Shown: piece after piece, positions 57,401-64,000 of the stretch
Numbering within the stretch: position 1 is the stretch's first letter
Layout of the letters: each line of letters opens with the position of its first letter
IMG/VR virus record: IMGVR_UViG_3300021599_002733
Strand: one strand, 5' to 3'
Length of the DNA: 64,000 nucleotides
Source of the DNA: a virus
Notes under the pieces: generated by a model
What the model was told of the DNA's origin: nothing
Seen by the model: only the letters and a program-made list of their open reading frames with translations
Database searches by the model: none
Program-made: the position numbers and the translations under genes

Positions 57401-59914
57401 TTACTTGTAGACTTTTTTCATGGTACCATCGCTATACACTTCAATGTATATTCCGGTTGCTGTAAATTGGGATGGATCTACTTCTTGTCCTCTCAAGTTG
57501 ATATATTTTACAATGGTTTTTTCTGAGTCTAGATTTGTATTGTTAATAGAGATAGGTCCAAATGTTTCATACACACCATTCAAGTCATATTGCTGTAGTC
57601 TGTAGTAGTTGATGATTGGCTCAACTTTGTAATCTGTTACGTTATAGTCAATTTGGTTTGTTGAGTTACCTGCTGCATTTAATGTTGTGATAGTTGTCCA
57701 AGTTTCTCCATCTCTACTTTTCTGTAAATTAAAGTGGCTTGTGTTTTGCTCTGTTGCAGTTACCCAAAATAAATGGTTGTTGTTTCCTTTATTTACTCCA
57801 TCAAATGTAGATAGTTCAACTGGAAGGCCAAATGTGATGTTTATTCTATATTCCTCTATTTCACCCCAATCATACCCTAGTGAATAATAGGCATCGTTTG
57901 ATGGTGTTTCTGCCCATGAAGATAATATTCTTAAAGTAACAGTTCCTATATTTGTTGTTGATGGTACTGTAAAAGATTGTGAACGAGTTGCCCCGGGTGA
58001 TTGCTGCATTATGGTTTCAGTTGTTTCGAATAAACCATCATTGTCAAAATCAATCCATGCAACATACCCAGAATAATTTAAATATGTCATGGGGCTAGAT
58101 GCGGAAATTGTATATGTTGTTCCTCTATTTAATGTGGTTAAAATTGAGGTGAAATTTTGGTATGAATCGTATCCTTGTGGAGCGTCATATGTTGAATTGT
58201 TATTTATTGTGTTTAAAGTTACATTTGAGATATAATCTCCACTACTTGTTCCATAAATATATTCTGGTGCTAGATTTAATGTCACACTTACTGGGGTGTT
58301 GAAACTTGCAGGGCAAGTACCGTTAACTGAACGAGTTCTAACCCAAATTGTAGATAATTGAACGTTCAAAAATAGGGAGAAGGGATTGGCTGGGTTGTTT
58401 TGGAATCCATCCACCGTTGTAAAATTATCGGATGACCATTCAATTCTGTTGATGGTTCCTTCATTTCCTGTTGTGGTAAATACAATACCATCATTCACTG
58501 TTGTTGTGGTTACGTTTGCTGATATTGTGCCTGGGTTTGTTGGGGTTGAACAAGGTGTTGTAGCACAAATAGAGAAGGTACCTTGACCAGTCCCATTACC
58601 ATAACTATGTACCCTAACATAATATGTTACTCCATTAGTTAACCCCGTTACAGTTGTTGTTTCAGTGGATGAACCTGATGTATTGTCAACACAAGCAAGT
58701 GAGGTTAACCCAGCGCAAGTCCCACTATAAACTTGTAAAACAGCATCTGATAAAGTACCAGGTGTAACTGTAAGGGTTTGGCTTGTACCATTTGCCACAA
58801 AACTATACCATACATCATCATCCGCAGTTCCAACACATGCTGCTACAGATTGATTTGCTCCTACCGTTGTACCATTTGTTGAAGAACTACAGCTACTTCC
58901 TGAGTTTATTGTCAATGCAGGGGCACTTGAGCAGTTATTGTTTGATGGAGGGGTAACACATGTTCTAGATATAGTAAATGTACCTGTAGTTGTTGAATTG
59001 TAATGGCCTATATAAACAAAATAAACAGTTCCACTTGTGGCTGTAAATGTTGCAACTTCGTTTGAGCTTGTTATATTATCTACATTTGCAACTGTTGTAT
59101 ATGTTCCCCCACAAGCACCTGTATTACTTGTTAAAACTAATAATCTAGTATCAAATCCTTGCACTACAGTAAGTGTTGTTGTACTACCATCTCCTGTAAA
59201 TTTATACCACACACCCATTGTCCCTGTGGTGGATGAATTTGGTGCTGTTTCTGATACAGCATTTACTGTTGTTCCCGCTAAAGCAGATGTAGCACAAGGT
59301 AAACTTGTAGCACCGGAGCATTCATCGTTTGAGGGTGGTGAAGCTATTGTATATGTAACTGTAATGTTATCTATTAGAGCAGGTGGGTTCACACCACTAC
59401 TACCATCATTTCTCCAACTAAAAATAATTCTTCTGGTTGTCCCAGCAATTGTGTTTGGTAAGGTATAAGTAGTTGTAGCACAAGTGGTTTGGCCTTGAAT
59501 TGTCCCTAAAAGTACTCTATTTGTTCCACTAGCTGTTACTGCAGTACCTGCTGTTGGGGTTACAGTGTTAACACATGACCATACTCTTAAATCATCAAAA
59601 CTAGACTCCCCAGCAACTTTTCTATTAAAATTTAATGTAATGTTAGTTACAGAGGCAGGCACAACAATACTAAAATAAGCATGAACTATTGATACTGCTG
59701 TGTTTGTATATGAGTAGGCACTTGAATTGTTTGAAATATAAAGTGCTCCTGTTCCATCACATTGGTTAGCTGTTCCACGGAACCATTTGTTTGTTTGAGT
59801 TCCATTCACTAAAGTAAGTGAATTTCCAGTTTCAAATGTTTCTGAAAATAGGGTGGTTTGTGTGAAAGACACAAATGAGATCAACATGAACCATATTAAT
59901 AGTAGTCTTTTCAT
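57401..59914 (-). CDS. Secreted/surface protein with signal peptide, PPC-like repeats, GEVED-like domain and Bacteroidota T9SS-type C-terminus
   Basis: MKRLLL signal; two PPSN(D/N).C repeats; AWIDFDNDG.F...GEIEEY; LPVEL; YYRLQQYD..G; N.RGQ.V...GIYI. Confidence 0.7.
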   Translation of the reverse strand: MKRLLLIWFMLISFVSFTQTTLFSETFETGNSLTLVNGTQTNKWFRGTANQCDGTGALYISNNSSAYSYTNTAVSIVHAYFSIVVPASVTNITLNFNRKVAGESSFDDLRVWSCVNTVTPTAGTAVTASGTNRVLLGTIQGQTTCATTTYTLPNTIAGTTRRIIFSWRNDGSSGVNPPALIDNITVTYTIASPPSNDECSGATSLPCATSALAGTTVNAVSETAPNSSTTGTMGVWYKFTGDGSTTTLTVVQGFDTRLLVLTSNTGACGGTYTTVANVDNITSSNEVATFTATSGTVYFVYIGHYNSTTTGTFTISRTCVTPPSNNNCSSAPALTINSGSSCSSSTNGTTVGANQSVAACVGTADDDVWYSFVANGTSQTLTVTPGTLSDAVLQVYSGTCAGLTSLACVDNTSGSSTETTTVTGLTNGVTYYVRVHSYGNGTGQGTFSICATTPCSTPTNPGTISANVTTTTVNDGIVFTTTGNEGTINRIEWSSDNFTTVDGFQNNPANPFSLFLNVQLSTIWVRTRSVNGTCPASFNTPVSVTLNLAPEYIYGTSSGDYISNVTLNTINNNSTYDAPQGYDSYQNFTSILTTLNRGTTYTISASSPMTYLNYSGYVAWIDFDNDGLFETTETIMQQSPGATRSQSFTVPSTTNIGTVTLRILSSWAETPSNDAYYSLGYDWGEIEEYRINITFGLPVELSTFDGVNKGNNNHLFWVTATEQNTSHFNLQKSRDGETWTTITTLNAAGNSTNQIDYNVTDYKVEPIINYYRLQQYDLNGVYETFGPISINNTNLDSEKTIVKYINLRGQEVDPSQFTATGIYIEVYSDGTMKKVYK

Positions 59915-59983
59915 GGTGTGTAAGTTTACTTATAAATATTCTAAATTATATTTTAGTATACAAAAAACAACTTGGAAAGACAA

Positions 59984-60014
59984 AGAAAACCTCACTATCT
60001 GTGAGGTTCTTTTT
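59984..60014 (-). terminator. Hairpin terminator after the tRNA cluster
   Basis: AACCTCAC-tatct-GTGAGGTT. Confidence 0.6.
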
Positions 60015-60015
60015 G

Positions 60016-60089
60016 TGGAGGATAACGGAGTCGAACCGTTGACCCCTTGCGTGCAAGGCAAGTGCTCTAGCCAGCTGAGCTAATCCCCC
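60016..60089 (-). tRNA. tRNA-Ala(TGC)
   Basis: GGGGGAT/ATCCTCC acceptor with G3:U70; loop CTTGCAC; GGTTCGACTCC. Confidence 0.95.
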
Positions 60090-60102
60090 TTTTATGGTCT
60101 TG

Positions 60103-60187
60103 CAGAGGATGAGAGATTCGAACTCCCGGTACCTTTCGGTACAACAGTTTTCAAGACTGCCGCAATCGACCACTCTGCCAATCCTCT
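60103..60187 (-). tRNA. tRNA-Ser(TGA)
   Basis: Loop CTTGAAA; long variable arm GTACC-GAAA-GGTAC; discriminator G. Confidence 0.95.
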
Positions 60188-60191
60188 AAAA

Positions 60192-60341
60192 TCAAACTTT
60201 GTTTATAGCGTAAACAGCAGCTTGTAGATGTGTGATAGCATCACTGAGATTTTTAGTTGGTGTTTCTTCATACTTCTGAGTGAGTTTCACTAGAGTAGTC
60301 TCTAGTGTTTTGATTTCAGATTGTATTTTTAACTTTTTCAT
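60192..60341 (-). CDS. Hypothetical protein (49 aa, not in track)
   Basis: MKKLKIQSEIKTLE...; late-type motif AATATGTATAA upstream. Confidence 0.5.
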   Translation of the reverse strand: MKKLKIQSEIKTLETTLVKLTQKYEETPTKNLSDAITHLQAAVYAINKV

Positions 60342-60389
60342 CTCGTTTATACATATTAAAAAAATGTAAGAGTTCTTAACGGGTTAATA

Positions 60390-60707
60390 TTATCCTTTAA
60401 GTACTTGTTTTGACGCTAATTTATCTAATCTAGAGTCAACGTAGCGTCTAGTTTCCTCTATTTGGTTCATTATGGTTTTTTCTACCATTGTGACATCTCG
60501 TCCACATTTTTCGAACTCCCTCCAAATATTTTGGTGCATTTCATCAATATGACGATGTATATCTTCTACATCACGCATGTAGTTGTTTTTAAATGTATGT
60601 AAATCTGAGTTTAACTTACTGATCTTAACCATACCCACAACAATAACAGATATAATAATTACTGCTACAATCGTAAGCATACCTAAAACGAATGATGTTA
60701 TTTCCAT
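60390..60707 (-). CDS. Membrane-anchored coiled-coil protein
   Basis: N-terminal TM; flanked by a 15-bp inverted repeat. Confidence 0.65.
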   Translation of the reverse strand: MEITSFVLGMLTIVAVIIISVIVVGMVKISKLNSDLHTFKNNYMRDVEDIHRHIDEMHQNIWREFEKCGRDVTMVEKTIMNQIEETRRYVDSRLDKLASKQVLKG

Positions 60708-60757
60708 GTTTTCTAGTTTTTAAAATGTCAAAGAACTCTTACATTATTTTATTTATG

Positions 60758-60829
60758 TATTCGGTACGGGGTTCGAACCCGTGCCTCCGCCGTGAAAGGG
60801 CGGCGTGTTAACCACTTCACTAACCGAAC
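60758..60829 (-). tRNA. tRNA-Glu(TTC)
   Basis: GTTCGGT/ACCGAAT acceptor; CCGCC-CTTTCAC-GGCGG; GGTTCGAACCC. Confidence 0.93.
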
Positions 60830-60830
60830 A

Positions 60831-61140
60831 TAACCCCTAGCAGTTTCTATTGATCAAGTAGACCATCTAGGGGTTGGTATTGGTTATATGAGTGTCTATA
60901 GAGGCAACGCGTTTGCACCTATAAAGCACCTCAACTTCCCAACACTCAAAAAGACCATCTGAGTGGGCAGATCTAACGGTATGCCCGATGGTACTTGACC
61001 TGTAGATTCTATCTACAGGGGGGTTCAAACTCTAGAACCGGAGAACTAGAGGGTTCCAACATTTTCATGTTGGTGAGGCAAAAGACCTACCCTGGTACGC
61101 TCGATCGCGGTCACCACAGTCCAGAAGCGTGGTAGGTACT
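60831..61140 (-). ncRNA. Unassigned, highly structured ncRNA candidate (about 300 nt)
   Basis: At least 7 hairpins plus long-range stems; GC-richer than the flanks; no ORF; one GAAA tetraloop on the minus strand. Confidence 0.6.
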
Positions 61141-61172
61141 GTTTTGGTATACGTATTGTACTCGGAGATGGT

Positions 61173-61286
61173 TTAGTATTCTTCTTTTTTCTTTGTTTTA
61201 GCTTTTGGATATCCTTTTTGTTTAGATGCCCACGAAACCCAACTTTGGAGTGTTTCGATTCTTGCTTTAGCTGATGTTTTACTCAT
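61173..61286 (-). CDS. Small basic protein (37 aa, not in track)
   Basis: MSKTSAKARIETLQSWVSW...; promoter at about 61310. Confidence 0.45.
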   Translation of the reverse strand: MSKTSAKARIETLQSWVSWASKQKGYPKAKTKKKEEY

Positions 61287-61338
61287 TTGTTTCTGTTTTA
61301 ATATACTTTAATATAAGAAAAATTTATTGTTTATCCAA

Positions 61339-61752
61339 CTATTTTTTAAAAACTTGAATGGTATGTTCTTTTTCTATCAAGTCTGTAAATTGCCCCTCAT
61401 ATCGTGTTGCTCGAACAATATGGTTGTCTATCCAATGGTAGTTTCCACCACGTGGTTTACCCATCAATAAACCATGGTATTTGAAGCCATGTTTGGCTAA
61501 CCACTGTTCTGTTACCGCTCTATGTTCCTCTACTCGAGAGGTAAAGAAGGTGATGATATGTCCTTCATCAAACCACTTGTTTAAAATTTCAAGTGCATCT
61601 GGGTATAGTTTAGCGTCTATCATGCGTTCAGGTTCCTCGTTTGGAATGTCATCGCATATGGTTCCATCTATGTCTATCAGATAATTTTTAACGTTGTTAG
61701 AGAGGATAGGGGATATTCGTTTACCGTCTTTTTCTAAATTGTGTAATTCCAT
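61339..61752 (-). CDS. HAD-superfamily phosphatase
   Basis: DIDGT; FTSR; MGKP; IDN. Confidence 0.8.
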   Translation of the reverse strand: MELHNLEKDGKRISPILSNNVKNYLIDIDGTICDDIPNEEPERMIDAKLYPDALEILNKWFDEGHIITFFTSRVEEHRAVTEQWLAKHGFKYHGLLMGKPRGGNYHWIDNHIVRATRYEGQFTDLIEKEHTIQVFKK

Positions 61753-61781
61753 ATCTATAAATATGGGTTTTCAATTACCAT

Positions 61782-62144
61782 TTACTCTTCTTCTGCTAAT
61801 ATAGTTACGGTGTATAATTGATATTCATCATCTCTATGTAAATAGACTGTGCAATAGTATCCGTTTCCAAGATATGCTCCCCAATACGGATCTCCCAATT
61901 CATCTAATCCAATTACATCATCCATTAAAATACCCATATCATCCAATACTCCCCTCAATACCTCACCTGCAATTTCAGCATCGTATGTAGTGTAGTACAT
62001 TTGGTTTTCTCTACCTTTTTCTTGGATAGTGTACCACATTTCTGCGGGGATATTTTCTGTTTTCTTTTTTGTAACTATGCCTATTTGGGCATTTGTGGTA
62101 AGGCTACTTGCTAGTAGCGCTATTGTCAAAACTATTTTCTTCAT
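61782..62144 (-). CDS. Secreted hypothetical protein
   Basis: Signal peptide ending NA-Q (Bacteroidota-style). Confidence 0.6.
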   Translation of the reverse strand: MKKIVLTIALLASSLTTNAQIGIVTKKKTENIPAEMWYTIQEKGRENQMYYTTYDAEIAGEVLRGVLDDMGILMDDVIGLDELGDPYWGAYLGNGYYCTVYLHRDDEYQLYTVTILAEEE

Positions 62145-62376
62145 CTTCTATTTTTTTTAGAACTATATCTTGTATTGCTTGCAGATCAGCTTCTGTTGCA
62201 TTAGCTGCGTTGTAGCATTCAAATTTTGTGTTGTCTAGGTCAGTATCACTGGTTATCAAAACATGATAGTCTGTTAATGTTGCTCGCAGATCATCTAGTG
62301 CTTGCATATACGTTTTGGGTTCGCTTTGAAAGTATCTGCGAGGTAATCTTACTACAAAAATTGGTTTTGCTGTCAT
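62104..62376 (-). CDS. Hypothetical protein
   Basis: ORF track. Confidence 0.55.
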   Translation of the reverse strand: MTAKPIFVVRLPRRYFQSEPKTYMQALDDLRATLTDYHVLITSDTDLDNTKFECYNAANATEADLQAIQDIVLKKIEDEENSFDNSATSK

Positions 62377-62759
62377 TGTTTTCTCCTTTCTAAAACTTTT
62401 TGATATTCTTCATCACATAATGTTGTAATCCAACCAATATCGTTTCTTACTTTACCGGGTTTGCCTGTTCGCTCACATATTGTATAGCTATCATTTTCTG
62501 CTTTTGAGATACGATCATATATCTCATCTGAGCCAGAGGTAATATAGAAACGTAATCCACCAAATTTTTCTTTAACTTGGCATGTTTTCCTGTCCCATCC
62601 TAGCTCTATTAGATCCTCTATTAGCTCTTTGATCAGCGGAAACCAACCGTTACTACATTCAAATATCCAACAATCTTTGATTGGTTCTCTATCTGTGAAG
62701 TATCCATTTTCTAATCCACCAATGGATTCCAAAAATGCGTTCATTTCTTCATCTGTCAT
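62373..62759 (-). CDS. Conserved phage hypothetical (GW..LI...QVKEKFGGLRFY...CE..G.PG)
   Basis: Recognisable widespread motif. Confidence 0.7.
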   Translation of the reverse strand: MTDEEMNAFLESIGGLENGYFTDREPIKDCWIFECSNGWFPLIKELIEDLIELGWDRKTCQVKEKFGGLRFYITSGSDEIYDRISKAENDSYTICERTGKPGKVRNDIGWITTLCDEEYQKVLERRKQ

Positions 62760-63099
62760 AACTTTCTATTATAGTGTCTTTATATGTTAGTGTGATTAGT
62801 TTGGTTGGTATTTTGAAAGGAGTGTTGTCCACATTTGTTGGCACCATCATATCAGCAAGTGGGCCATACTTTTCTTTCCATATAGGTAACGCTAATTGAT
62901 GTCTCTCTTCCAAACTCAACTCTCGTTCTTCAATCTTTAGTCCCCATGTTTCAGAGAACTCAGAATCTATTTTACAATTATTGATGAATTCTTCTTTTTT
63001 TAATGTCCATAAATCGCATCTACCTACAGTGTCATCATTTTGTTTAACATAATTTTCATACACCTCATTAATAATCTGATTGTATCTTTCTTTATTCAT
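62749..63099 (-). CDS. Hypothetical protein, paralog of 63534-63917
   Basis: Shared blocks. Confidence 0.65.
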   Translation of the reverse strand: MNKERYNQIINEVYENYVKQNDDTVGRCDLWTLKKEEFINNCKIDSEFSETWGLKIEERELSLEERHQLALPIWKEKYGPLADMMVPTNVDNTPFKIPTKLITLTYKDTIIESYDR

Positions 63100-63101
63100 A
63101 A

Positions 63102-63356
63102 TTAATCTAGTCTAGTTAATTTATCGTGTATCTTAGAAATCATCTCAATTTTCTTACCCTGAATGAATTTAATATCACCCGTCTCATCATTTCTTACAAA
63201 AATACCAGCCTCAAGTCCTCGTTTCTTAAAACGTTCCTCTGAGTGAAGAAAATAAGTTTCTGTATTCAAAAAAGCGTCAATAATGACTTGACCGACTGAT
63301 TCCAATTCAATTTCCCCCAAAAAAGGGTCTTTGTGTTTTATTTTTTCGTTATTCAT
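63102..63356 (-). CDS. Hypothetical protein
   Basis: Likely start MNNEK. Confidence 0.55.
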   Translation of the reverse strand: MNNEKIKHKDPFLGEIELESVGQVIIDAFLNTETYFLHSEERFKKRGLEAGIFVRNDETGDIKFIQGKKIEMISKIHDKLTRLD

Positions 63357-63541
63357 AATCTTTCTGTAAGGTCTTTTTTGTTTACTAACCAAGTATTAGG
63401 TTCTATTTCCCCATCAGTTGTTACAACTAAGTATCCATTACCTTTATCCTCAATACATCTCACAATCTTTCCATTTGGATGTAAATCAGTCCTATGACTT
63501 TCCGATAATCTCGTATAGTATTTTTTACCTATATCACTCAT
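63353..63541 (-). CDS. Hypothetical protein
   Basis: ORF track. Confidence 0.55.
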   Translation of the reverse strand: MSDIGKKYYTRLSESHRTDLHPNGKIVRCIEDKGNGYLVVTTDGEIEPNTWLVNKKDLTERL

Positions 63542-63917
63542 AACTTTCTATTGTTTCGTTGTTATATGTTAGTGTGATTAGTTTGGTTGATATGTTTTGT
63601 TCATCTAAAGATTCTTTTACCCTATCAGTACCTAAACTTTGCCAATTTACAAACTGAGTATGTTTATCATCCTCAATCAAATTGTATCTTTCTTCCAAAC
63701 TCAACTCTCGTTCTTCAATCTTCAGTCCCCACTTTTCAGAGAACTCAGTATCTTTTTTGATACAATGAATAAACATATCCTTAGGTAACGGTCTGTCACT
63801 AACTAACTCGTTTTCCAACCAATAATATTCATCTTCTACAACTGGTTGAGGTTTCCAATTTTTAAGATAATTCTCATAAGCCTCATCAATAATCTGATTG
63901 TATCTTTCTTTACTCAT
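63534..63917 (-). CDS. Hypothetical protein, paralog of 62749-63099
   Basis: Shared blocks. Confidence 0.65.
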   Translation of the reverse strand: MSKERYNQIIDEAYENYLKNWKPQPVVEDEYYWLENELVSDRPLPKDMFIHCIKKDTEFSEKWGLKIEERELSLEERYNLIEDDKHTQFVNWQSLGTDRVKESLDEQNISTKLITLTYNNETIESYE

Positions 63918-64000
63918 AACCTATATTTTTACAAAACGTGTGGTTGGAAAAATCCATTTATCTGTTCCTATAGTATCGTGCCACTCACTATACGGACGAG

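Noticed and set aside
59853-60173. Track ORFs 59853-60083(+) and 59946-60173(-)
   Set aside because: They overlap tRNA-Ala and tRNA-Ser and are spurious.
60831-61140. tmRNA, RNase P RNA or group I intron
   Set aside because: I could not find tRNA-Ala-like ends with a T arm, the RNase P P4 signature or group I core motifs by eye. A covariance search is still needed.
1361-61684. All plus-strand track ORFs
   Set aside because: They are antisense shadows of minus-strand genes, or lie in the GC islands, with no leader or promoter motif and no recognisable domains.
62749-63917. Diversity-generating retroelement TR/VR pair
   Set aside because: No reverse transcriptase in the window; differences include indels and are not adenine-specific; both copies are full ORFs.

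Overview
A 64-kb segment of a large, AT-rich, T4-like (myovirus-type) phage genome. The host is most likely Bacteroidota/Flavobacteriia, judging from A-rich leaders without Shine-Dalgarno motifs, TTG..TAnnTT-type promoters, an Hc1-like protein and a T9SS-cargo-like gene. Essentially every gene is on the minus strand. 1-36.4 kb is late/middle: terminase large subunit (partial), a block of probable head-internal proteins sharing an N-terminal L/I-x-E tag, nucleotide enzymes, Cas4-like exonuclease, primase, tail/baseplate genes (gp6- and gp25-like), a gp55-like late sigma factor and an HD hydrolase. 36.8-57 kb is an array of small genes punctuated by about 40 copies of a rigidly spaced promoter-like repeat (coding strand GGA-N22-CGTATATT, then an A-rich leader ending GGTTATG). 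About ten copies carry a hairpin of variable sequence in the spacer. The array also holds a tRNA-shaped RNA with no valid anticodon arm, followed by a short hairpin-terminated segment antisense to the shared start-codon motif of the array genes. This is the best candidate for an undescribed system: a possible one-to-many translational switch for a promoter-cassette array. Also in the array are two GC-rich, G-tract islands bracketing about 5 kb, AT-hook repeat proteins, membrane micropeptides and a DUF932/RadA-like/DUF932 module. 57-64 kb has a large secreted-type protein, three tRNAs (Ala, Ser, Glu), an unassigned structured RNA of about 300 nt and further small genes. All family calls come from motif recognition by eye, not from searches.
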